Source: Schmidtea nova (taxonomy: Eukaryota). From it: DNA of 64,000 nucleotides. Below, piece by piece: positions 36,396 to 48,900 of this stretch. The notes below the pieces were generated by a model. The model saw nothing but the letters and a program-made list of their open reading frames with translations, was not told the DNA's origin and searched no databases. The stretch's first letter is position 1; each line of letters opens with the position of its first letter. The stretch is from assembly GCA_044892505.1 (NCBI GenBank), contig CM097882.1, positions 51,584,001 through 51,648,000 on the forward strand, written 5' to 3'. Both the position numbers and the translations under genes were made by a program.

Positions 36396-37183
36396 TGTTG
36401 GGGTTGTTAAATAAACAGAAAATTAAAATTAAAAAGCACAAAAACTATGTGCAAATCGATAAAATACGAAATTTGGAAAGATAATTAATTAAAATGCAAA
36501 CGTTAATTAAAAATTTATAAAATTCAAAAAAAAAGATTTAGAGAGGAAATTTGTATGGAAGGATGCCAAATGATGAGACAAATTCAGATATTGGCATATA
36601 AAATTAATGGGGGGTCCCCAGAAGAAAAGAATTAATTGGCTATTGGGAAACCCGAGACAATAGAGAACCCGAAAAGTGTGGAAACACGGACAAGTAATAT
36701 GACAGGTAATAATTCCTGAGAAAATTAACTTTAGAGGAGACCCGGAGAGCGTAACCAACAGAGGTCAAATTAAAATGTCAAATCGGAAACTACCATTTGA
36801 CAGCTGCAGCGCAGTGGGAAACTAATCAACAAGAGCAGTATAAAAGGGAATGACAAACATTAAATTTGGTCAGAATGGTCGAAGCAAAAGTAAGTGAAGT
36901 CAGCAAGTGAGGAGTTAAGAGCGATTACTTAAAAGTTCAAAGCCAAATTTATTCTTCCAGCGTACCAGAAAGGGAGATCTTCTTTGGGGAGATTTATCTT
37001 ACGCGAAGTCGGAGAAGCAGTGATAAAAGTTATTGTAAAATTTTAAAAAGAGACTTGGTGTGTCAGAAAAGTGTGATTGTTACAAATAAATTCTTCTGTG
37101 TTGGGTTATTTTATTGAATCAAATTTAAAGAATACCGAGGAGTCACACAAACAGCACCGACTAAACATCACAAATACCCAACA
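36396..37183 (+). mobile_element. Solo LTR, family L (copy 2)
   Basis: TGTTGGG...CCCAACA with AACT 4-bp TSD. Confidence 0.85.
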
Positions 37184-37912
37184 AACTTATGTGTAAATAT
37201 GCGTATAAAATATGTTACGATGCCTATAAAACAGAATAAAGTAACAGAAATTGACCTTTGATCCGTATTTTATCAAAATGTAACACATTAGAGACAATGG
37301 TTTATAATACAACAATTTAATAACCCTGATTTTAACTGCTTAGTTTGAAGAGAGCATTATAAGATCATATATTCTTATTTGAATAACGTAAAGAGCGAAA
37401 TTAAAGAATAAGGTAGAATGCAGACGAAACAGGATTGATTTTTAAGAATTTGGAGGGGAAGACTTTGGTATCAAAAAGTAAAATAATCATAATCATAAAA
37501 TAATCTAAATAACAAAATTAATTAATTTTTATCTTTTACTTATTAAATTTGCGAATTCATTTATTTATTAGGGTGTAACAGGATACATTACATGTGATAT
37601 TGCATGGTTTTTGGTTTTCAAATGCGTTCTCTAAACAGTTTAACCGGTTTGCGATATTTTTTAAAATTTAGAATTCATTATGTGATATGCAGTACATTGA
37701 TTAAAATTTAAAATTAAAAATTTGTGAAATTTTTATAAAATTTTTATTATCATTTAAGAAATTTCGATTTTGAAAAATTAAATGAAATTTATTGAATTAT
37801 TATTTTGATCAGTGGATTAAAAAGTTTGTTTGAATAATAATTGAAAGTGAAGACAATTTTAAAAATAAATAAACAATTGATTTTAGTGAAATAAAAATTT
37901 AAATAAAAACTT

Positions 37913-39061
37913 ATGGCTTTTGATTTACCGAATGATTCGACCGACAACTTCGTTGCGGCTAACATGGCGACCACGTCTTCGGAATTTTTTCTTGGACAAT
38001 TGATACCGATAAAGTTCAGAAAAGGAGATGATGTCGACAAATTTATTGGAGAATGCGAAACGTTTTTTCAGTTTGCAAATTTTACAGGTGTCAAACAGGA
38101 AATAATAGTAATTTCCCTGTTAGATGATGACCTCAGGAAGAAATATAAAAGTATCGACCCAAAGATCAAATGCTTCAAAGAGATAATGAGAACGGCATTT
38201 AAAACGGAAACAACAGTATTACAAGATATCAAAGCAGTCCTGGAATACAAGCAAACAAACGAAGAACCCGAAAGGTACTTCGAGATAATAGACAAGATGG
38301 TAAATAAAATCTTCGAACGAGAATGGACAAAAGAAGATCTGAAGGAGAAACTCTTAATAGAATGCTCAAATGTGAGAGAATTAAAAAGAGAAGTATGTCT
38401 AAATCAGATCAAAGGAATAGACCAAATAAAAGAGAAAATCACAAGGTTACACGAGGCTCATAAGATGACGGAGGAAATTATGACCATAGAAAGAAGTAGA
38501 CCAGAATCAGGAAATGTAAGAAGTTACAGAGATGCAGCCAGAACGAAGAACAATTATACACAGAGACAATATATGCAAACAAGACAATACTATAAGCCGG
38601 AAGTAAGAAGAGATTACAAGAATCAAAAAAGTAAAAGAGAGATAGAAAGTTGGACTTGTCACCAAGTCGGTCATTTAAGCCGAGACTGCCCAAAAAAATT
38701 GATCACATGCTTCGGATGCGGAAAAGAAGGACATATCAGAAGAGAATGCCCAAATATAAAATGCAGGAGATGCAATAGAAATGGCCATAGAGAAGCTGAG
38801 TGTTACACAAATTTAAACCGAAAAGGAACAAGAAGATTAAATTCGAATGAACAGTATCAAAGAAATGGAGGATATCAAGGAAAAGGTGGATATCATAATT
38901 ATGTAGAACAAGGAAGAATGAAAAGAGAATCAAGGGGAACCAGAGATAGTTATGTAGCGAATATCGAGGAGAAGTTTTCAGAAAATGGAGAGTATGAAGA
39001 TCGAAGATACCCAAACGAGAATGCTCCGACAGAAGAGGAGATAGTCGGAGCGATATATTAG
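37913..39061 (+). CDS. gag: Gypsy Gag with CCHC zinc knuckles
   Basis: 382-aa ORF. CFGCGKEGHIRREC, CRRCNRNGHREAEC and one decayed knuckle (SWTCHQVGHLSRDC). Confidence 0.92.
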   Translation: MAFDLPNDSTDNFVAANMATTSSEFFLGQLIPIKFRKGDDVDKFIGECETFFQFANFTGVKQEIIVISLLDDDLRKKYKSIDPKIKCFKEIMRTAFKTETTVLQDIKAVLEYKQTNEEPERYFEIIDKMVNKIFEREWTKEDLKEKLLIECSNVRELKREVCLNQIKGIDQIKEKITRLHEAHKMTEEIMTIERSRPESGNVRSYRDAARTKNNYTQRQYMQTRQYYKPEVRRDYKNQKSKREIESWTCHQVGHLSRDCPKKLITCFGCGKEGHIRRECPNIKCRRCNRNGHREAECYTNLNRKGTRRLNSNEQYQRNGGYQGKGGYHNYVEQGRMKRESRGTRDSYVANIEEKFSENGEYEDRRYPNENAPTEEEIVGAIY

Positions 39062-42000
39062 ATAATTGGAAAAACTCCCAAATTATGAATTATTATAGTA
39101 TAAGTAGTATATTACCTATTATAGAGAATACATTAGAGAGCGAGCTAACAAACGAGGAAATGATATGCACAGCAAATAAAGTAAACATATTTTTGAAAAA
39201 GAATTGGAGAATCGCTAAAGGTAAAGGGAATGCGAATGATGGAAGTATAGATCTTATGGCTTTAGTTGAACAGAATCAGAACATAATAAGATATGACAGA
39301 ATGCAGGGCCGACCAAGTGTAACAATCAAGATCAATGGAGAAGTCATGGAGTGTTTATTGGATACCGGAGCAAGAATTAATGTTATGAGCTGGAAAAACT
39401 TTCAGAGATTACGATGGATTGAGTTGACACGGACAACAATAACACTTCGGTGTGCAAACGACGGAAAATTAGAAATAAAAGGTAGCGCAGAAATGAAAGT
39501 CAATTTGAATGGTATGGAGAGAAAAATACAGTTCACAATAGTTGAACAACTAACACCAGAGGTTATCGGAAGTATTGAGATGCAACGAAAATTTGGCATT
39601 GATTTACAGTTTAGTAATACTCAGGATGAAAGAGAGACGATCAACCACGTTGGGAACATAGAAGCCCAATTTGGGAGAGCTATCACAGAAGGAGAATGGT
39701 TTTAGAAGGCCAGAGACACGATGAAGATAAAAGACCCGAATATTATAGAATTAATAAGGAAGAATCAGAATGTGTTTATGGCAGATAAATGGGATATAGG
39801 ATGTACAATGTTATTGAAACATAGAATTGAGACACAAGGAGGACCGATAAATATTAGACCGTGGAGGCAACCGATCAATTTAGAAGGAAATATTGATGAG
39901 GTAATTAATAATCTGTGGGAGAATAACATTATCAAGAAGTGTAATTCTCCTTGGAACACGCCGTTAATTTGCGTGTGGAAAAAAAGAGAAACAGGATGTC
40001 AGGCTGTGTCTAGATTTTAGACAGTTAAATTTAGTAACGGTGAGACAGGCTTTCCCAATGCCAAATATATCAGAATTATTAGATAAACTGGGGGGAGCTT
40101 AGTACTTTACTTCGATTGACCTGGGTAATGCATACTATCAGGTTGAGCTGGATGAAGAATCAAAAGAAAAGACAGCTTTTTCAACGAAGGTAGGACAATT
40201 TTGTTTTAATAGAATGCCCTTTGGAATAGCGGCGGCACCAGGAATGTTTCAGGAGCTCATGCTGAAAGTGCTGGAAAATAGAGCTGGTACGGCAGTTTAC
40301 TTGGACGACATCTTAATATTCACAAATTCAATCAATGAACACTATCAAGTTCTGGATGACGTATTAAAGAGAATAGGGAAAGCTGGTTTGAGAATTAATC
40401 CGGAGAAATGCCACATTTTTAAAAAGGAGATAAAGTTTCTGGGGCACATCATAAATGAAAAGGGTATTCAGACCGACCCAGCTAAAACAGAGTCAATACG
40501 ATCGTTCCAAAGACCAAAATGTATCAAGAGTTTGAGAAGCTTCCTAGGAATATGTAATTATTACAGGAGATTTATTGAAGGATACTCAGAAAAGTCGAGA
40601 GCACTAGAAGAACTGTGTGGGAAGAATAAAGAAAAGAAACTAGTATGGATAGATAATTGCGATAGAGCGTTTACCGAGACGAAAGAGGCGTTGACGTCAA
40701 CACCAGTGTTAGGTTTTCCCGATGTCAATAAAGAGTTTATTTTAGATACAGACACCAGTTTTGGGTCAATCGGCGCTGTATTATCACAGTTAGACGACGA
40801 GGGAAATGAAAGGGTTATAGCGTATGGAAACAACCACGAAAAGGGATATTGCATAACGAGAAAGGAGTTATTAGCAGTTTACTATTTTTGACAGCACTTT
40901 AATCATTATCTGTACGGGAGAAAATTTACATTACGCACAGATCATAAAGCGATCATATTCATGTTGAAAACAAAAAAGCCGATCTCAGCACAATTCCAGA
41001 CATGGATCAACCTTCTCAGTAGTTTCGATATAAAAATAGAATACAAAGAATGGATAAAACACGCGAACGCAGATCTGTTATCAAGGAAGACATGTGGAAC
41101 GTGCACACAATGTTTATTAATACACGAAGACCCAAAAGAGGGTAAGCTAAAAACCAGAAGAATTAATGCGATAGATAACGATGAAAAGATCGAATGGCAA
41201 GAAAATAGTACAGAGATAAAACAAATAAAAGAAGAGATTATCCGAGATACGTCATGGAAGTTTATTCTGGAAAACGGTATAGTGAAAACAAAGGAAAGGA
41301 AAATATGGATCCCTGAATATAAACGCCAGGAAGCGATAAAGACATTCCACAGTTTACTTTCTCACGCAGGAGTCGAAAAAACGACATCGTATATGGGAAA
41401 CAACTACGATATGAAAAATATGAAAGAAATAGTAAAAGAAATTATTAAAAAATGTGAGCCGTGTCAAAAAGTAAAGGTAGTGACATCAACTACAAAAGAG
41501 GAAACCATAAAATTATCAGCAAGTGAGCCATTTGAGAAGATATATATAGATATATGTGGGCCTTTGCAAGAAACGTTTAGGAAAAAGAAATATATTGTTG
41601 CCATAATTGATCAATTTAGTAGATATATAGTACTAAGACCAGTAGCAAGACAAGATGAAGAGACAATAAAAGAAACTATCATGAGGGATTGGGTATTAAG
41701 ATTTGGAGCACCAATGGAAATCCATGTAGATTGTGGGAAAGTATTCGTATCGAGAGCAATATCAGAAATGACAAGGTCAATGGGAATAGAACTTTGCTTT
41801 TCAAGTCCATATCATCATAATACGAACCGTATCATAGAGAGACAATTCAGAACAATAAGGGATTACATAAATACGTCACTGAAGGAGAGGAAATAAACAG
41901 ATTGGGCAGAAATATTGCCAGAAATAGAATTTACACTGAATGCAACAATACAGAAGTCGATTGGTAAGAGTCCAGCAGAGGTAATATTTGGACGTAAAAT

Positions 42001-42301
42001 ATTTAGAGAACGATGGCACACAAGACCTGGACCACAAAAGAAAAAATCAGAGCTAAAAGTAGGAACACCTGAACAGATACCAACAAAGAGGTCTTTCAAT
42101 CAAGGAGAAAAAGTGCTAATCAAGGTAGAGTCAAGAACGAAAGAAAGAGATAGATATGAAGGGCCGTACGAGATTATTCAGAAAATACATGACAGGCGAT
42201 ATCTGCTGAGAGACAATTCGGGAAAGACAATACAGAGAAATGTTGAAAAGATGAAGAAATATTTTAAAGAAAGGGGATGTGATATGCAGTATATTGATTA
42301 A
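38998..42301 (+). pseudogene. pol: Gypsy Pol (protease, RT, RNase H, integrase) with several stops/frameshifts
   Basis: LLDTGA, YLDDILIF, FILDTDTS, HSLLSHAG..CEPCQ, YIDICGP, HVDCG, SSPYHH. Confidence 0.95.
39010..39051 (+). promoter_or_regulatory. -1 programmed ribosomal frameshift signal at the gag/pol overlap
   Basis: C CCA AAC heptamer in the gag frame (39010-39016), 6-nt spacer, perfect 8-bp stem GCTCCGAC/GTCGGAGC. The -1 frame is open from 38998 through the protease. Confidence 0.75.
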
Positions 42302-43433
42302 AATTTTAAATTAAAAATTTGTGAAATTTTTATAAAATTTTTATTATCATTTAAGAAATTTCGATTTTGAAAAATTAAATGAAATTTATTGAATTATTAT
42401 TTTGATCAGTGGATTAAAAAGTTTGTTTAAATAATAATTGAAAGTGAAGACAATTTTAAAAATAAATAAACAATTGATTTTAATTAAATAAAAATTGGAA
42501 TAAAAACTTATGTCTTTTGATTTACCGAATGATTCGACCGACAACTTCGTTGCGGCTAACACATTATATTCGCTTACTATATTTTTATCTATAAAACATT
42601 GTTTCACGTTCTATTTGCTGTATTTTCTAAAGCGCATTAGTAGTTCTTATTAGCTTTTAAGTGAATGTGTAAAGATTTCATTGAAAAAAATTCTTGTTAT
42701 AGATTAAGATGGTCTGATAAATGAACTTACTTATATCTATGTAATATGATAGATCTTCTAACATTCGAGGAGCTTATTCGCATGTTTCTGCGGTTTTTTT
42801 AAACGTAAATAATAGTGTAACTAGTTAAAACTGTCTGTTGTGTGGATTGAAAAAAAAATGCTCGTAAATACTTGATTTTTAAAATTTAAAATTTTATTTT
42901 CAAATTTTTTTTAATAGTTTTAAATTCAAATTTTTGATATTAGCGACTTTTTCTCGATAACATGGACTTTGAGACTAAAAAGCGATTTAGCCTTGGTCGC
43001 TTTTATAGAGAATTCACTTCATGTTCTATTAAAATTAAACTTTTAAATTTGTGCAAAAAATATTCGACAGTTGAAATTATATTTGCAATAGGATTTTAAA
43101 TGTGAGCACAGCACTAAATTACTTTTTTACTATACAAGAAGTTTTTGAAAGGATCAGAACAGAGTAATTTCTTATGAAAATTAGAGGATAAATTACCAAT
43201 GAAGGCTTTAGTGAGCATGATGAGCTCAGATTCTTGATTTCTTTTAGTATTTTATTCTCCGATTTGTGACATCTGCTTGAATATTTTCCCTAAAAACAAA
43301 TTACGAAAATTTGTTTAAAATTGTTTTGCATTCATATTTTCCAACGGAAAAAGTTTTAATAATTCTTCTCAAATGTAATAACCAGTTGTTTTTTTTCAAT
43401 AAATCCTATTGCAATTGATAATGCTAGACTCTA

Positions 43434-43700
43434 TACGAGGTTGAGTGAAAAGTTATTCATGTTCTTATGCGAATATTTATTTACACAAATTGTTATATCT
43501 CTGATCATATTATTCATCGAAATAAAATGTATCATTTTCAATGACTCGAAGCCATCTTCTGAACCAAAGCATCTTCCTTTTTAAAAAGTGTGAAAGGTCA
43601 GCAGACTCCTATTTTACCGCTGCAGTAAATGTATTGTTGTTCAATATTTGTTATAATGTGCTTTATTTAAATATCTCTACAAATATTAGTAATTTATGTA
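43434..43700 (+). mobile_element. Mariner-type left terminus running into a gap
   Basis: TACGAGGTTGAGTGAAAAGTT resembles mariner TIRs. No ORF support. Confidence 0.4.
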
Positions 43701-44299
43701 ATTTTATANNNNNNNNNNNNNNNNNNNNNNNNNNNNNNNNNNNNNNNNNNNNNNNNNNNNNNNNNNNNNNNNNNNNNNNNNNNNNNNNNNNNNNNNNNNN
43801 NNNNNNNNNNNNNNNNNNNNNNNNNNNNNNNNNNNNNNNNNNNNNNNNNNNNNNNNNNNNNNNNNNNNNNNNTTTATGAGCCCATGTGAAAAAATAATTA
43901 TTTTTTTTAATTTGAAGTTTTGCAATTTAACTTTAAATAAAAAAAATGTAAAGATTTTGCAATTCAACATCTTTGCCCACTTAAGTATTCTAAATGCCAG
44001 TAATTTCAGCCGAGGCACTGATCGTTTTTCCATTTTCGAAACATTTATCAGAATATCTTTCTTTTGCTATATATTTTGAACAGCCACGTTTATGTTGCCT
44101 AGTTATTTTGATAGAGTAACTCTGCTTGCAAAATGCTTATTAGTAAGTGATTGTTCTCGATTAGAATGAGTCGGTGAATGATGTTTTCTCTCCAATCATT
44201 CTCAATTTAACAAATTTAAGGGTGTAAAATATTTCTAAATGATAATGAAAATAAAAATTTATCATTAAAGTCAGAACATTGTTTGGTGTGCAATAATAT

Positions 44300-45123
44300 T
44301 GTTGAGGTTCGTTTGAAATGGTGCAAGTGAAACGAGAGTGCGCCAGGGATTGAGGGAAGGTCAATAAAAAGACTGAAAAGCGTTAAATTCACAATTAATA
44401 AATAAGTGCAAAAACATTAAAAAATATTTGAAAAAAATTAATAATTAACTAAGGGCAGGGTATGTACGGATGACAAATGGAGATACGAGTATGAATATGA
44501 TAACAGAATATCAATGGGGCGGGTCTCCAAAAAAAGATTTTCAATAAAAAAATTAGTTAAAAATTATTGAATTATTTATTTGTTATGTATAAAACCCAAG
44601 TCATTGAGAAGCCCGAGTGCACCGGAGACCTGGGCCAGTGGAAAGCTCGAACAATGGAAAAGCCCGAGGTGAAAATTAAATTACGAGAAGCGCAAATCAA
44701 GTAAATCTAATTATAACAAATTGTAATTAGTGGGAATCAGCTAAACCAAATAAAAAAGTTGATAATCAAATTGCATTCCAAGTTAGGGAACGTAATGGAA
44801 TTGTTGATAAAGTAAAAAAAAACTATAAAAGCGACAAATGAACAACATCGAATTGCCAAAGTGGTCGAAACTTGGTAAATAAATTGAAAGTGAAACAAAA
44901 TTTCAGTCAAATTAGCTCAATTTTTCGTGTACCAGAAAGGGAGATTTCCCATTGGGACAACTACTCTAAAGCTTGAAGTATGAAGATTCAAATTTGTATA
45001 ATTAAATTTGTGTGTATTAAAAATTTTGAAAATAAAGATTATTGTGTTGAGTTTTCTTCAGTATTATTAAAGAAAGGACACGAGGAGTCAAATATCAATA
45101 GACTATTTGTTAATTACACAACA
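44300..45123 (+). mobile_element. Solo LTR, family L (copy 3)
   Basis: TGTTG...CAACA with ATAT TSD. Shares TACCAGAAAGGGAGAT, GAGGAGTCA and AAGCCCGAG repeats with copies 1 and 2. Confidence 0.8.
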
Positions 45124-45949
45124 ATATTAAATTTGATTTGCAAGATGTTGAATTTGAATTGCAAAGCCTGTATTTTGTAAATTATTTATCATCAAGCGAT
45201 GTTTTGAAATTTATTTCATAGTAAAATCACATTAATTCATTGAATAAAATAATTATCATATTTTCTGTAAAAATGTAAATCATTTTCTTAGCAACAACTT
45301 TCTACCATTTTATAATTGAAAGAATTAATTATTTTCTTTTTAAACCAAATTTTAGAAAGATGAGACAAATATAGGCAACATAAATTTTCATTTTTTTATA
45401 AAAGTACCCGAATTTTCGTCTCAGCTTTTTTCGAAGGCGTATAATTTTAAAAAATATTTGATCTATAGTCTTTATAAAAAATGAAAATTTCTGAATTAGG
45501 AAAAAGGTCAAAGGGGAAAATAAGAGAGGCTTATGAAAATACGTAGCTTTTCTATTCGTTTGTTTTTTAGCTGACATTATTAATTGTAATGAGGTTCCTA
45601 TAAAAAAATTTATTTGCATGTAATAAATGATTGGACTTAAAATTATAAATTACCTTTAACTTTAATTGAATTTATATTTGAATTTTTTTTGCTAAAAATG
45701 AAATTTTTTGCATCGCGTTAAATCAAATCAAATTGCGTAAAAACAGAACGAAATAATTTTGTTGAATCGCGTTAATTCAAATTCTCGTAAAAACAGAATT
45801 AGGTGTACTTTATACATGTTAGAAAACAAATGACAAATAAATACCAAAAAGGTTTTCAAAACTAGTAGTAGTTACATATAGTAACCGGTCGACTACAAAT
45901 ATAATTCAAATGAAATGTTTTAATTATTTTATGATAAAGGAAAATTGTT

Positions 45950-48900
45950 ACCATATACAATGTTTTAACTTTGGATCCGGTAATCTTGTTCGTATTCCTT
46001 TTCTTTGGGTTTCGATTTTAAATGTATAGGTTGGATTGAGTTCTTTGGGTTCAGGTCGTTTCTCATGATCGTCGTACTTCTGGGATATTTTGTTCTATTG
46101 ATTAATATCGGTTTTTTCGACGGGGTTTAAATCTGTATTGTTTTTGTGATTTCGATTTGAACGATTGGAGATATCCATGTTAATCAGGTTCGGTCTCGAT
46201 TTATCAGGGTTATTCCTTGGATTGGTCTTTGATTTTCCGATTCACTTTCATATTTCATTGCGGGTGTCTTTGTTGATTCTAGATCTTAGCTTTGATTGAG
46301 TTTACGGTTGAGTTTAGTCTTTTCTTTTCTGGATCTTCTTTCTGGGTTGGTGTGTCCTTCTTTTGTTCTTTTGTTCTGATTTTCTTTTAGATTTGGGCTC
46401 ATTGTTTGATTTCTTTATGGGTTGATGAGCTTGATGATTTCTTAATCCGTTTTGTTTTAATATTGACATATACATTTCTTGTGTTTTTATTACAAATTTG
46501 ATACAATATTGATACGTATATATTGAATTGATTTCGCTATTTACAATTTATCCACTTTATTTCTTTTCATTGTTCACTCTAGAGGCGAAAACATTTTCAG
46601 TTTCAACATTGTTATCGATTTTGAAGTATTCTGATGCCAATTCTTGCTTCCTTTGATTTTGATTTTCTTCTAGTTGGTTTGTTGTATTGCTGAGATAAGT
46701 TTCTTTTCAAATCTGGTTATTTATTCTTTTTGTATACTGATTTCTTGTTGATGAGTGAAAGCTAATCGCACCATACTAGTCAACTGCATCCCTTGACTTT
46801 TAGTTTCCTCAATCAAGACCTTTTGTATTCCTCTCAGGTTGTTTAAATGTTTTCCCAGCTTTTTGGTTTTATCATTTTTCCCTTTGTTTACGTTATCCCA
46901 GAGCTCCGCAACCGGTGTGTCGCGGCACACTGGTGTGCCGCGAGGTGATGCTAGGTGTGCCGCGGCGCAATGCCTATCCGAGAAAAAAATATAGGGTTTA
47001 TGACGGACACGTGCGTTATGCTTATATCTATCTTGTTTACAAATAATTGCGTTGTTGACAAAATATTCGGTCAATAAACATGGGTTAAAAAATTACATTT
47101 CAGGTTGTTCACATTTAAATTTATTGTCTTATGTTGTGCTACCAAGTTTTACAGCCTAAACAATAAATACAAGAAATTTTAGAGAAATTTGTTTTCGTTG
47201 ACTTCGGACAACTGATCCATTATTTTATTGAATCAGATGATGATTTTAAATTTTCATTCGTAAGTTAGCTTTTATAGTGTACTCATCTCTCTGTGATTTT
47301 GTGAATTTAGAAGATAAAAATTAATGTAAGTATTCAAATAATTATTTTTCTAAATAACTTGACTAGCGCTCAATTCTAAATATTGAATTTGAATAATTTT
47401 TAATATATAAATATTACAATTAAAATAACATTTAAAATAATTTACGATTACTAATAATATTTGTACCTGGGCGTGTAATAATAAAATTATTTTATTCATA
47501 TTTACTTTATATAATTTTAAATATGGACAAGTTTTTGCGTAAAGAATGTTCAACTTTATCGACAAATGATGATGAACCCAGCACGAGCAATGATGTAAAA
47601 AGACCGAAGATAGTGAAAAGGCAATACAATGCAGAATATATTCAATACGGATTTTCATGGTGTGGTGAAGAAGCGGCTCCGAAACCAGAATGCGTAATTT
47701 GCAGAGAACAGCTTTCCAACGAGGCAATGGTGCCAAGTAAACTGATTCGCCATCTAAAATCAAAACATCCCAATTGCGCCAACAAAGACAAACAATATTT
47801 TCAGCGGCTTTTAAATCAAAATTTAAAGCAGAGGCAATTTATGAGATCGTCCGTTACAATTTCTGACAAAGCGTTAGAAGCTAGTTACCACGTTGCAAAA
47901 TTAATTGCACGTCAGAAAAAACCACATACAATTGGCGAAACCCTTATTAAATCAGCATGCATGGAAATCATTCGATTAATGTTTGGGCCTAATGAAATTA
48001 ATGAAGTCAGTAAAGTTTCGTTATCAGCTGATACTGTTAAAAGACGTATTGATGATATGTCAAGCGATATTTTAAAAACATTAATTACAAAATTGAAAAT
48101 GACGGAGAATTTTTCTCTTCAGATTGACGAATCAACCGATATTAAAAACCGAGCACAACTAATATGTATTGTACGTTTCGTTGACGAGGAGTCCATAAAA
48201 GATCATTATTTGTTTTGCAAAGAACTTCCAGAGCGGACTACCGATGAGGAAATTTTTCAAGTAACTGATGAGTTCTTCAAAACCTATGGTATTCAATGGA
48301 GCAATTGCATGAGTGTTTGCACGGATAACGGTTATCCGACTGTTTATGTTTTCAATGGCTTAATTAATCTTTTTTTCCGATTAACAGTCTTTTGATATTT
48401 GGTTTTTGTACATTGGAACGCTAAGTGTCCTCTTGTCCACATTTATAATATTTTTGTACGTAATGAGGGGTTTCCTTGATTTGTTCTCTCTTTGAATCGT
48501 TTTAGAGAATTCGATTTTAGTAATACCTTTCCACTTGTTGGTTATTATTATTTTTGAATTCGTATTGCTTCGTTCTTTGGTTGTCTATGGTTTGATTTCA
48601 TTAGTGATATTGTCTTTCTTATTTTGATTTTTTGTTGTTTCTTCAGATTCCGACAATTTCTGGCCATGTGTCCCTTTTTTCCACAGTTGTAAATTTCTTT
48701 CCATGCTCTTTTGTTCCACATTTGGTACATATTTTATTCTTAAAACAACTGTTTTTAAGTGTCTTTGTCTTTAGCAGCATTTACACCAATCGACCTTTTT
48801 GTATATATACTCATCTTTTGTTTTTTGTTGGTCTTGTTTTCTTTCGTTTTGTTTTGATTTCTTTCTTCTGTGTTTCCTGTTTGTTTTATTGTCTCCTTAG

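Larger units (their letters stand above)
37681..42561 (+). mobile_element. Full-length Ty3/gypsy retrotransposon (LTRs 37681-37964, 42278-42561)
   Basis: 284-bp near-identical LTRs TGTGAT..TAACA, perfect CATTA TSD, PBS TGGCGACCACG (37965), PPT AAAGAAAGGGGA and gag-PR-RT-RH-IN order. Confidence 0.97.
36283..43019. mobile_element. pogo-type non-autonomous element split by a solo LTR and a full gypsy
   Basis: Left end CAGTGAATTCTTGATTAAAGCGACC; right end rc AAGTGAATTCTCTATAAAAGCGACC. Confidence 0.65.

Noticed and set aside
44160-44300. Possible transposase remnant (LPSIPGALSFH on the minus strand, crossing the LTR boundary)
   Set aside because: Too short, and it overlaps the family-L LTR start, so the reading is probably coincidental.
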